64,000 nucleotides of DNA from an uncultured Acidobacteriota bacterium. Lineage in GTDB: Bacteria; Acidobacteriota; Thermoanaerobaculia; UBA5066; Gp7-AA6. The notes beneath the pieces were generated by a model that saw only the letters and a program-made list of their open reading frames with translations, ran no database searches and had not been told where the DNA came from. The position numbers and the translations under genes are program-made. Below are positions 49,812 to 58,778 of the stretch, piece after piece. Numbering within the stretch: position 1 is the first letter of the stretch; each line of letters opens with the position of its first letter. The stretch lies in NCBI GenBank assembly GCA_963843325.1, contig CAWJKC010000007.1, positions 14,401-78,400 of the forward strand. The letters run 5' to 3'.

Positions 49812-49839
49812 ATGGCAGTCAACATTATGCCATATGGCA
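49806..49839. promoter_or_regulatory. Putative operator/promoter of the Xre-RES operon
   Basis: The perfect 12-bp palindrome TGCCATATGGCA occurs twice, at 49806-49817 and 49828-49839. The centres are 22 bp apart. On the minus strand, a CATAAT -10-like hexamer (plus strand 49824-49829) overlaps the end of the upstream copy (49828-49839). Confidence 0.6.
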
Positions 49840-49909
49840 TCCTGGACGGGAAGGGCCGCGGCGGTCATGTCCGAGCATCGCCCGCGGGGCGGGACAGATG
49901 CTGTCCGGG

Positions 49910-51082
49910 TCAGGCGGGGTAGCGCCGGAGGCGCTCGCGGTGCGCGTCGAGGCGGGCGACGACGTCCGCGACGCGGTCGCCCCCGGTCAGGGCGAGCAGG
50001 GCGTCCGCGAGGACGAAGGCGAGCATCGACTCCGCGATGACGCCGCAGGCGGGGACGGCCGTCACGTCGCTGCGCTCGTAGGCCGAGCGCGCGGGCTCGC
50101 CCGTCGCGAGGTCGACCGAGTCGAGCCCGCGGGCGAGCGTCGCGATGGGCTTCATGTACACGACGGCGACCACGTCCTCGCCGTTGGTCACGCCGGCTTC
50201 GAGGCCGCCCGCGCGGTTGGTGCGGCGGCGCAGGCCGCCCGGGCCCTTCTCGATCTCGTCGTGCGCCTGCGAGCCCGGTCCGCGCGCGGCCGCGAGGGCG
50301 GATCCGAACTCGACCGCCTTGACGGCGGGGACCGAGAAGAGCGCGCGCCCGATGCGGCCGTCGAGCTTCTCGTCCCACGACGCGTAACTGCCGAGGCCGG
50401 CGGGAACGCCGCGCGCCGCCACGAGCAGCGACCCGCCGAGCGTTTCGCCGGCCGCCTTCGCCGCGTCGATCGCGGCGACCATCTCCGGCTCGAGGGAGGC
50501 GTCGATCGCGCGCAGGGGCGAATCCTCGCGGACCTTCTCGAGCGCGGCGAAGGAGCGCGGCGAGCGCGTGTCGGCGACGGCGCCGAGCGAGAGCACGCCG
50601 CTGCGGACGGAGATGCCGCAGTCGCGCAGCAGCAGCTTGCACACGGCGCCCGCGGCCACCCGCGCCGCGGACTCGCGCGCGGAGGCGCGTTCGAGGACGT
50701 CGCGCAGGTCGGAGGCCCCGAACTTCATTCCGCCCGCGAGGTCGGCGTGTCCCGGACGGGGACGGGTCAGCCGTTTGGCGGCCGCGGCTTCCGGGTCGAC
50801 CGTCATCGGGCCCATCACGCCGGCCCAGTTGGCGTGGTCGCGGTTCAGGATCCCGATGGCGATGGGGGAGCCGAGGGTCAGCCCGCCCCGCACGCCGCCC
50901 TCGAAGAGGGCCGCGTCCTTCTCGATCTTCATCCGCCCGCCGCGCCCGTAGCCGTGCTGGCGGCGCGCGAGCTCTCCGGCGACGAAGTCCGGGTCGATGC
51001 GCAGGCCCGCGGGAATGCCTTCCAGGATCGCCGTCAGGCGCGGTCCGTGCGATTCTCCGGCGGTCGTGAGGCGCAGGGGCAC
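49910..51082 (-). CDS. aroC: Chorismate synthase
   Basis: Intact 390-aa ORF. Matches include TAGESHGPRLTAILEGIPAGL, RRQHGYGRGGRMKIE, RPGHADL and ERSDVTAVPA. Confidence 0.95.
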   Translation of the reverse strand: MPLRLTTAGESHGPRLTAILEGIPAGLRIDPDFVAGELARRQHGYGRGGRMKIEKDAALFEGGVRGGLTLGSPIAIGILNRDHANWAGVMGPMTVDPEAAAAKRLTRPRPGHADLAGGMKFGASDLRDVLERASARESAARVAAGAVCKLLLRDCGISVRSGVLSLGAVADTRSPRSFAALEKVREDSPLRAIDASLEPEMVAAIDAAKAAGETLGGSLLVAARGVPAGLGSYASWDEKLDGRIGRALFSVPAVKAVEFGSALAAARGPGSQAHDEIEKGPGGLRRRTNRAGGLEAGVTNGEDVVAVVYMKPIATLARGLDSVDLATGEPARSAYERSDVTAVPACGVIAESMLAFVLADALLALTGGDRVADVVARLDAHRERLRRYPA

Positions 51083-51119
51083 GCGAAGAGTTTACGGCAC
51101 GGCCGCGAACTCCTCCAGG

Positions 51120-51467
51120 TCACTGCGGCAGCAGTCCCTCCAGCGCGTTGGACGAGGCGAGGGTGGCGTAGGACTCTTCGGGCGTCGCGGCGGGCTTGCT
51201 CGCGCTCTCCAGCGCCAGACCCGTGAAGAAGAAGAAGAGCGCGGCGGCGGCGGCGGCCAGCCAGAACCGGTTGCGCGACCGCCGGAATCCTTCGTGCCGC
51301 ACGTCGTTCAGGACGGCCGCGACGAACCGCTCGTCCGCCGGCGCCGGACTCTCCGTGATCCCCATCGCCTTCCACGCGGCGGCGATGCGCGCGTCGGCGC
51401 GGCAGAACGGGCAGACGAAGAGGTGGCCCTCGTCGGTGCGTCGGGCGAGGCATTCCCTGCGGCTCAT
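51120..51467 (-). CDS. Putative anti-sigma factor (small, single TM helix)
   Basis: ATG 51467 overlaps the sigma stop (ATGA). An N-terminal Cys/His cluster (HLFVCPFC) and a TM helix (FWLAAAAAALFFFFTGLAL) are present. Confidence 0.6.
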   Translation of the reverse strand: MSRRECLARRTDEGHLFVCPFCRADARIAAAWKAMGITESPAPADERFVAAVLNDVRHEGFRRSRNRFWLAAAAAALFFFFTGLALESASKPAATPEESYATLASSNALEGLLPQ

Positions 51468-52021
51468 GGTCTCTCCTCCTGGAAGCGCACGCGGATCCTG
51501 CGGCGGGCGCGGTGCATGCGGACGCGGACGGCGGTGACGCTGATCTCGAAGCGCTGGGCGATCTCCCGGTCGGGCACGCCCTCGAGCTCGCGCGCGATCA
51601 TGATCTCGCGGTCGAGCGGGGACAGCGCGGCCAGGGCCGCGCGCAGCAGGTCGGTGTCTTCCTGGCGCGCCTCCTCGTTGCCGGGCGCGGCCTGCGTGTC
51701 GGGCAGGGGCGACTCCGGCCGGCGGCGGCGCACGAGGTCGATGGCGCACCGGATCGCGATCGTGCGGACCCAGGAACGGAAGTTCGACTGGGGACGGTAG
51801 CGGTCGAGCGCGCGGAAGGCCTTGAGGAACGCCTCCTGCGCGGCGTCCTCGGCGAGGCTCGCGTCCGAGGTGATGCGGCGCGCGGCGGCGATCGCGATCG
51901 GCGCGGCCAGGCGCACGAGCGCGGCGATTGCGTCCTGATCGCCGCGGCGCGCCCGCGCGACGAGGAGGTCCTCGTCGCCGGACGCCCCGGCCGCGACGGC
52001 GGAGATCGGGATCGGTCTCAG
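51464..52021 (-). CDS. ECF sigma factor (no canonical start codon in frame; CTG 52021 proposed)
   Basis: Region 2 is AEDAAQEAFLKAFRALDRYRPQSNFRSWVRTIAIRCAIDLVRRR. Region 4 is LSPLDREIMIARELEGVPDREIAQRFEISVTAVRVRMHRARRRI. The only in-frame ATG/GTG/TTG would delete region 2.1. CTG 52021 overlaps the upstream TGA in the same way as the ATGA junctions seen elsewhere. Confidence 0.8.
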   Translation of the reverse strand: MRPIPISAVAAGASGDEDLLVARARRGDQDAIAALVRLAAPIAIAAARRITSDASLAEDAAQEAFLKAFRALDRYRPQSNFRSWVRTIAIRCAIDLVRRRRPESPLPDTQAAPGNEEARQEDTDLLRAALAALSPLDREIMIARELEGVPDREIAQRFEISVTAVRVRMHRARRRIRVRFQEERP

Positions 52022-52521
52022 CTCTCGCCCCGGAGGAATGCGCCGAGCGACTGCAGCTCGTCCTCGCCGCGGTTTCCCATCTTCATGTGGAACGCGGTGA
52101 ACTTCTCCTGCTGATCGGGCGTCAGGATCGGCCAGATCTCGGCGCGGATCCTCGCGAAGAGCAGCGCGCCGTCGCCGTGGACGACGCCGACCTGCTGCGC
52201 GAGGACGCGGATGTTCGCCTCGTCGGTCGGCTGGGCGAGGATCGCGTCGTGCAGGGCGTGGCGCGCGGTCATGCCGGACTTGACGAGCGCCAGGATTTCG
52301 TCGGCGTGCGTCTTGAGCACGCCGCGGATCTGGAGCTGCTGCGTGTCGGACAGATCGAGGGCGCGCGAGATGTGGTCGAACATCCGGGCGGCGTGGGGGC
52401 CGTGCGACATGCCGGGGCCCATCTGCCGGCCGAGAAGCCTTCCGGCGAAGAGGCCGGTGAAGGCGAGGACGCCGATCCCTGCGGCAATCAGGATGGAGCG
52501 GCGGACTTTCTGGATGCTCAT
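52018..52521 (-). CDS. Spy/CpxP-family periplasmic protein (LTXXQ motifs)
   Basis: A signal or anchor helix is followed by two LTXXQ-type motifs, LSDTQQLQI and LTPDQQEKF. The frame is intact. It is the first gene of the operon with the ECF sigma and anti-sigma genes. Confidence 0.7.
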   Translation of the reverse strand: MSIQKVRRSILIAAGIGVLAFTGLFAGRLLGRQMGPGMSHGPHAARMFDHISRALDLSDTQQLQIRGVLKTHADEILALVKSGMTARHALHDAILAQPTDEANIRVLAQQVGVVHGDGALLFARIRAEIWPILTPDQQEKFTAFHMKMGNRGEDELQSLGAFLRGES

Positions 52522-52545
52522 CGGATAACCCCCTGTTCCTCTTCT

Positions 52546-52573
52546 TAAACGAGCTTCCGGCCTGAAAGGTTAC
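52546..52573 (-). promoter_or_regulatory. Candidate ECF-type promoter for the spy-like / sigma / anti-sigma operon
   Basis: The minus strand reads GTAACC-N16-CGTTTA, which has the AAC/CGT signature. It lies about 25 nt upstream of ATG 52521. Confidence 0.25.
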
Positions 52574-52600
52574 TCCCGGAGGACGGCATAAACTCGGCCC

Positions 52601-54832
52601 GTGGAGCGCAAATACGTCCTCCGGACCCCCGCGCGGCTGACCAAATACCGGGTGGACTACGACCGGGAATTGAACGACGAGCAGCGGGAGGTGGTCCTCG
52701 AGGGCACGGGCCCCATCCTCGTCATCGCCGGCGCGGGATCGGGCAAGACGCGGACCCTGGTCTACCGCGTCTCGCGGCTGATCGAGTCCGGGCACGATCC
52801 CTCCCGGATCCTGCTGCTGACCTTCACGAACCGGGCCGCGCGCGAGATGCTGCGGCGCGTCGAGTCCCTGCTGGCCGTGGACATGCGGCGGCTGATGGGG
52901 GGCACGTTCCACTCGGTGGGCAACCGGCTGCTGCGCCGGTTCGGAAGCCGCCTCGGCCTCGGGCAGAATTTCACGATCCTCGATCCCGAGGACGCCCGCG
53001 AGATGCTCGAGGCCGCGACCTCGGACAAGAAGATTCCCACGCTCGAGCGGCGCTTCCCCAAGGGCGACGTTCTGCTGGACCTCTACTCCTTCACGATCAA
53101 CACGGGCCGGCCCTTCACGGAGGTCCTCGCCGAGCACGCGCCGCACTTCTCGGAGATCGAGGCGGAGATCGTCTCGGTGTTCCAGCGCTACCGCGAGCGC
53201 AAGCGCCTGGGCAACGCGTGCGACTACGACGACCTGCTCCTGATGTGGAAGCGGCTGCTCGACGAGGCGCCCGAGGCCGCCGCGCAGATGCACGCCTCCT
53301 ACGACCACATCCTCGTGGACGAGTACCAGGACACCAACCGCCTCCAGGGCGACATCGTGGACGGGATGGCCCGGGTCAAGAAGAACGTCACGGTCGTCGG
53401 CGACGACGCGCAGGCGATCTACTCGTTCCGCGGCGCCTCCTTCGAGAACATCCTGGGGTTCCCGAAGCGATACCCCGAGGCGAAGACGTTCCGCCTGACC
53501 CGCAACTACCGCTCGACGCCCGAGATCCTCGCGCTCGCCAACGCCTCGATCGCGCACAACGAGCGCCAGTTTCCCAAGGAGCTCACGGCGGCGCGCGAGA
53601 GCGGCGGCATGCCCGCGGTCGTGGCGCTGCCGGACATCGCCGACCAGGCGCGCTTTGCCGCGCAGCGCCTGCTCGAGTGGCACGACGAGGGGGAGAAGCT
53701 GCAGGAGCTCGCGATCCTCTACCGCGCCCACTACCAGGCGCTCGAGCTGCAGATCGAGCTGACGCGCCGCGGCATCCCGTACGAGATCCGCTCGGGCACG
53801 CGCTTCTTCGAGCAGCGCCACGTCAAGGACGTCCTCGCTTTCCTGCGCATCCTCGTCAACCCGAAGGACGAGCTCTCGTGGAAGCGGGCGCTCAAGATCT
53901 TCCCGCGCGTCGGCGAGCGCTCGGCCTCCGCGGTGTGGGAGGCGATCGGCTCGCGGCCCGATCCGCTCGCGGCGTTCCGCGCGCTCGACGGCAAGGAGCT
54001 CGGGCGCGGCGGCGACGCGGCGCTGAAGCCCTTGCGCGCGCTGCTGGGACGGCTCGACGGGCCCTCGCTGCGCTCGACGCCCTCCGAGGCGATCCGCTCC
54101 GTCGTCGAGGACGTCTACAAGGACTACGCCCGCGCGAAGTTCCCCAACGGCGACGCGCGCCTCGACGACCTCGAGCAGTTCGCCCAGTTCGCCCAGACCT
54201 ACGACTCGCTGCCGGCCTTCCTCGAGGAGATCACGCTCTTCAACGAGCTCTCGGGCGAGGACGTCGTGGCGGGCGAGCCGGACGACGACCGCGTCGTGCT
54301 CTCCTCGATCCACCAGGCCAAGGGCCTCGAGTGGAGCCGCGTCATCGTGATGGGGCTGTCGGAGGGACGCTTTCCCAACTACCGCTCGGTCGCGACCGAG
54401 GAGGGCCTCGAGGAGGAGCGCCGGCTCTTCTACGTGGCCATCACGCGGGCGAAGAACGAGCTCGCGCTCATCTACCCCATGCTCGCCCGCGACCGGTACG
54501 GCGTGGACGTCATCCTCGAGCCGTCGCGCTTCCTGACCGAGCTGCCCGACACGGTGTTCGAACGCTGGACGATCGAACGGGAGCCCACCGCCGAAGAGGC
54601 CGTCTCCGCCGGCGGAGGAGCCGGTCAACTAGGAAGGGCGCTAAAATGGAGGCGATGGACGACATCTACTCCGCCATCTGCCGCGAGGCCCTCGAGTCGC
54701 GCCAGCGCGACCTCGGCACGTTCGTGGACAACGGGATGGTCGGGATGTCCAGCCGCCTCGAGAAGACGCTGCTGCGCCTGCCGTCGGGCCACTTCCTGCT
54801 CGGCCTCGGGCCCTACAACGCCGGCCTCGTGA
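52601..54832 (+). CDS. UvrD/PcrA/Rep-family ATP-dependent DNA helicase (the 3' tail as sequenced is probably out of frame)
   Basis: Matches include AGAGSGKTRTL, LLLTFTNRAAREM, ILVDEYQDTN, VVGDDAQAIYSFRGA, NYRS, SIHQAKGLEWSRV and YVAITRAK. After about 54610 the ORF becomes Arg/Ser/Ala-rich and overlaps the FHA gene by 187 nt. A +1 shift would end the gene at TAG 54630-54632. Confidence 0.9.
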   Translation: MERKYVLRTPARLTKYRVDYDRELNDEQREVVLEGTGPILVIAGAGSGKTRTLVYRVSRLIESGHDPSRILLLTFTNRAAREMLRRVESLLAVDMRRLMGGTFHSVGNRLLRRFGSRLGLGQNFTILDPEDAREMLEAATSDKKIPTLERRFPKGDVLLDLYSFTINTGRPFTEVLAEHAPHFSEIEAEIVSVFQRYRERKRLGNACDYDDLLLMWKRLLDEAPEAAAQMHASYDHILVDEYQDTNRLQGDIVDGMARVKKNVTVVGDDAQAIYSFRGASFENILGFPKRYPEAKTFRLTRNYRSTPEILALANASIAHNERQFPKELTAARESGGMPAVVALPDIADQARFAAQRLLEWHDEGEKLQELAILYRAHYQALELQIELTRRGIPYEIRSGTRFFEQRHVKDVLAFLRILVNPKDELSWKRALKIFPRVGERSASAVWEAIGSRPDPLAAFRALDGKELGRGGDAALKPLRALLGRLDGPSLRSTPSEAIRSVVEDVYKDYARAKFPNGDARLDDLEQFAQFAQTYDSLPAFLEEITLFNELSGEDVVAGEPDDDRVVLSSIHQAKGLEWSRVIVMGLSEGRFPNYRSVATEEGLEEERRLFYVAITRAKNELALIYPMLARDRYGVDVILEPSRFLTELPDTVFERWTIEREPTAEEAVSAGGGAGQLGRALKWRRWTTSTPPSAARPSSRASATSARSWTTGWSGCPAASRRRCCACRRATSCSASGPTTPAS

Positions 54833-55176
54833 AGCTCGACTTCGACGAGGTGCTCCTCGGCCGGGAAGTGCCCGAGTTCATCGGCGTCGGGATGCCCGTG
54901 ACGGGATTCCGCGTCTCGTCGCCGGACGCCTTCCTGAACACCGAGGTGTCGCGCCTGCACGCGAAGGTCATCCGGCGCGTCGCCGGCGACGGGCCGAGCT
55001 ACCGGCTCGTGGACATGCGCTCGACCTGCGGCACGTACCTGAACGGCGACGCGATCCCGGCGCCCGACGACCTCGGCGGCGTGTCCGAGGAAGACTGCGC
55101 GCGGCCGCTGCGCTCCGGGGACTTCTTCTCGCTGGGGCCCTCGGCCGTGAACCTGTTTCTCTTCTTCCAGAAGTAG
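54646..55176 (+). CDS. FHA-domain protein
   Basis: An AGGAAGGG Shine-Dalgarno sequence precedes the start. The FHA core is LLGRE...VSRLHAKV...YRLVDMRSTCGTYLNG. Confidence 0.8.
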   Translation: MEAMDDIYSAICREALESRQRDLGTFVDNGMVGMSSRLEKTLLRLPSGHFLLGLGPYNAGLVKLDFDEVLLGREVPEFIGVGMPVTGFRVSSPDAFLNTEVSRLHAKVIRRVAGDGPSYRLVDMRSTCGTYLNGDAIPAPDDLGGVSEEDCARPLRSGDFFSLGPSAVNLFLFFQK

Positions 55177-55198
55177 GTCCGCGGCTCGCGGCGTCTTC

Positions 55199-55306
55199 CC
55201 GGTGCCGTAGGGGCGGCCGCTTGCGCCTCGCCCGCGGCGGCGAGGGTCACGGTGCGCGCTCGATGTTCCTCGGGCGGCCGCACGAGCCCCGCCCCTACGG
55301 CGCCGG
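55199..55306. repeat. BIME-like pair of inverted REP units between convergent genes
   Basis: ccggtgccgtaggggcgg (55199-55216) pairs with ccgcccctacggcgccgg (55289-55306) at 17 of 18 positions. Each arm extends into its own gggcgg...ccgccc hairpin. Confidence 0.6.
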
Positions 55307-55357
55307 AAGAGGGAGGCCAGATGGTCATGGCCGTGAAAAACGATCGAGAGGTGAAAG

Positions 55358-55891
55358 TTACGCCGTCGGCGTGGCGACCGAGCGCGCCAGGACTTCCTCG
55401 TCGACGTCGAACTGGGAAGGCATGATGGCCAGCATGCCGCTCGCGTCCCAGATGCCCATCGTGCGCAGCGGCGGGCGGTAGATGTGGATCGAGATCGCGC
55501 GGGCACTCGTGGGCGCGAGGCGGTGCAGAACGGTCGGGCCGATGTCCGACAGATCTCCCTCCGGCCGCGCGCGGTTGTCGAAGAGCTCGGGCTTGTCGCG
55601 CGGAGTCGTGAAGCGTTCCTCGGCGAGCGTGCCGGAGAGGATCGCCATCCCGCCCATCACGCCGCGGTGGTCGTGGATCGGCGTGACCTGGCCGCTCGAC
55701 CACGCGATGAGCATGACCTCCCACTCGTCCCAGAGCAGGATGGGATGGCGCATGTACCGCTCGGTGGAGAACCGGACGCGGTCGAGGTAGCGCTCGGTCT
55801 CGCGCGCGACCTTCGCGCAGAGACGGCTGGGGGTCAGCCGTTCCGGCTGGAGGGAGGCCTCGCGAATGACCTCCTGGACGCGTCTCGGCAA
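55358..55891 (-). CDS. Cysteine dioxygenase type I-like cupin
   Basis: Intact 177-aa ORF with a TTG start. The motif SSGQVTPIHDH is followed by GTLAEERF..HRL...ISIHIY, the CDO-type 3-His cupin pattern. Confidence 0.7.
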   Translation of the reverse strand: MPRRVQEVIREASLQPERLTPSRLCAKVARETERYLDRVRFSTERYMRHPILLWDEWEVMLIAWSSGQVTPIHDHRGVMGGMAILSGTLAEERFTTPRDKPELFDNRARPEGDLSDIGPTVLHRLAPTSARAISIHIYRPPLRTMGIWDASGMLAIMPSQFDVDEEVLARSVATPTA

Positions 55892-55961
55892 AGGTCACTT
55901 TCCCGGATTCTAACGCCGCGGCGGGGCCGGTCCGCGCGTCTATTTTCGGGTCCGGGGCGCG

Positions 55962-55970
55962 TGCTATCGT
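55962..55970 (+). promoter_or_regulatory. Extended -10 element 9 nt upstream of ATG 55980 (leaderless-type)
   Basis: TGcTATCGT is present. There is no Shine-Dalgarno sequence. Confidence 0.3.
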
Positions 55971-55979
55971 CCCGGCCGC

Positions 55980-57029
55980 ATGAAAATCGCGGTCGTCCCC
56001 GGGGACGGAATCGGCGTCGACGTCACGGCCGAGGCGGTCAAGGTCCTGGACCGGGTCTGCCGGCAGCGGTCGATCCCTTTCGAGCCCGTTTTCTTCCCGT
56101 GGAGCGCCGACCACTACCTCTCGACCGGCGTGACGATCCCGCCCGGCGGGTTCGACGACCTGTCGCGCAACTACGACGCCATCTTCATGGGCGCCTTCGG
56201 CGATCCGCGCGTGCCCGACATGAAGCACGCGGCCGACATCCTGCTCGGCGCGCGCTTCCAGCTCGACCTCTACGTCAACTACCGGCCGGTGCGCTGCCTC
56301 GACGACCGGCTCTGCCCGCTCCGGGACTTCCGGGCGGCCGACGTCGACTTCGTCGTCTTCCGCGAGAACACGGAGGGCTCGTACGTGGGCGCCGGAGGCC
56401 ACCTGAAGAAGGGGACGCCCGACGAGGTGGCGACCCAGGAGGACGTGTCCACGCGCAAGGGCGTCGAGCGGATCATCCGCTACGCGTTCGAGTACGCGCA
56501 GAAGCGGGGCCGCAAGCGCGTCGTCATGTCCGACAAGTCCAACGCGATGCGCTTCGTCGGGGACCTCTGGCAGCGGACCTTCGCCGAGGTCGCGCGGGAG
56601 TTCGCCGGCATCGAGGCTTCGCACCTCTACATCGACGCGCTGTGCATGCAGCTGATCAAGGACCCGCGCCAGTTCGAGGTGATCGTGACGAACAACATGT
56701 TCGGCGACATCGCGACGGACCTGGGGGCGGCCCTGCAGGGCGGCCTGGGGATGGCCGCCTCCGGCAACCTGCACCCGGGGCGGGTGTCCATGTTCGAGCC
56801 GGTGCACGGCTCGGCGCCCAAGTACGCCGGGACGGGCAAGGCCAACCCCTTCGGCGCGATCCTCACGGCCGGGCTCCTGCTCGACCACCTCGGCCATGCC
56901 GCCGAGGCCGCCGCGGTCGAGGCGGCCGTGGCCGACTGCGTCCGGCAGGGCGCCGCGACGGCCGACGTCGGGGGGTCCCTGTCGACCGCCGCGGCCGGCG
57001 ACGCCGTCTGCCAGCGGCTGCGTCTCTGA
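55980..57029 (+). CDS. Isocitrate/isopropylmalate dehydrogenase-family enzyme (tartrate dehydrogenase / 3-IPM dehydrogenase-like)
   Basis: Intact 349-aa ORF. Matches include MKIAVVPGDGIG, NYRPVR, VVFRENTEGSYVG, TNNMFGDIATDLGAALQGGLGMAASGN and FEPVHGSAPKYAG. Confidence 0.85.
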   Translation: MKIAVVPGDGIGVDVTAEAVKVLDRVCRQRSIPFEPVFFPWSADHYLSTGVTIPPGGFDDLSRNYDAIFMGAFGDPRVPDMKHAADILLGARFQLDLYVNYRPVRCLDDRLCPLRDFRAADVDFVVFRENTEGSYVGAGGHLKKGTPDEVATQEDVSTRKGVERIIRYAFEYAQKRGRKRVVMSDKSNAMRFVGDLWQRTFAEVAREFAGIEASHLYIDALCMQLIKDPRQFEVIVTNNMFGDIATDLGAALQGGLGMAASGNLHPGRVSMFEPVHGSAPKYAGTGKANPFGAILTAGLLLDHLGHAAEAAAVEAAVADCVRQGAATADVGGSLSTAAAGDAVCQRLRL

Positions 57030-57050
57030 ACTGCCGGCGCGCCCGCGTCC

Positions 57051-57059
57051 TGCTACAAT
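57051..57059 (+). promoter_or_regulatory. Extended -10 promoter element
   Basis: TGcTACAAT is followed by an AAGGAG Shine-Dalgarno sequence and ATG 57083. Confidence 0.4.
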
Positions 57060-57082
57060 TCGCCGTCAAGGAGATACCGAAG

Positions 57083-57658
57083 ATGGCTAACGTTTCGCGC
57101 AGACTGCTCGTCGCACTTTCGGCCGCTTTTCTTCTCCTGGCCGTCCCCACGGCGCAGGCGTCGGACAAGAAGTTCATCGATTCCGACGACTCCAAGGAAA
57201 AGGACGAGCCGCAGAAGTTCCTTCCCGACTACGACAAGCTCGTGAAGGGCAAAGACACCGACTGGGTCTACTTCCCGGACGGCTCGCTGTCCAAGTACAA
57301 GACGGCCTCGGTGGCCGAGTTCGATCACAACGGCCACGGCTCCGAGTGCCGCGAGGCGGCGCGCGACGGCCGGGACTACATGGAGCAGTGGCTCGAGAAG
57401 CAGGGCTTCAAGGTGGTCAAGACGGGCGGAGACATCCAGATCGAAGGCAACGTGTTCAACGCCTGGGAGCCGAGCGGCGCGGCGCGGGCCTGGGGCGGCT
57501 GGGCGGCCAACCCCGGAGTCGGCCTGGAGCTGCTGGTCAAGAACGGCAAGGGCGCCGTGGTCGGCGAGCTGCGTCAGAAGGCCAAGGGATCGACCCTTCG
57601 CGACGCGGTCGAGAACGGCCTCGAGGACATGGCCAAGTCCATGTCGATGGGGAAGTAA
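57083..57658 (+). CDS. Hypothetical secreted protein
   Basis: The signal peptide is LLVALSAAFLLLAVPTAQA. An AAGGAG Shine-Dalgarno sequence is present. Codon bias looks coding. No domain is recognised. Confidence 0.5.
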   Translation: MANVSRRLLVALSAAFLLLAVPTAQASDKKFIDSDDSKEKDEPQKFLPDYDKLVKGKDTDWVYFPDGSLSKYKTASVAEFDHNGHGSECREAARDGRDYMEQWLEKQGFKVVKTGGDIQIEGNVFNAWEPSGAARAWGGWAANPGVGLELLVKNGKGAVVGELRQKAKGSTLRDAVENGLEDMAKSMSMGK

Positions 57659-57694
57659 GTTCCGCCCGGTATCGAAATAAATCCTTGCTACAGA

Positions 57695-57707
57695 GATACT
57701 TAGTATC
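57695..57707. promoter_or_regulatory. Palindrome in an AT-rich island upstream of the phoH operon
   Basis: GATACT-t-AGTATC lies inside the unusually AT-rich stretch 57670-57710. Confidence 0.25.
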
Positions 57708-57754
57708 GCGACGGGGGCGCCGGGCCGCGGCGCCCGCCCCCGCCGTGGTACCGT

Positions 57755-58769
<1,015 letters not shown>

Positions 58770-58778
58770 GGCATTGCC

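Noticed and set aside
51464-54628. A 1054-aa minus-strand ORF antisense to the UvrD-like helicase. The similar long antisense ORFs at 58122-61304 and 5584-7311 belong here too.
   Set aside because: Only the last ~185 codons are a real gene, the ECF sigma factor. The remainder is antisense to strongly supported plus-strand genes and has low-complexity Arg/Asp/Glu/Pro composition.
55221-55481. 86-aa plus-strand ORF in the FHA/CDO intergenic region.
   Set aside because: It overlaps the inverted REP pair and the 3' end of the minus-strand CDO-like gene. Its composition is typical of translated GC-rich repeats.
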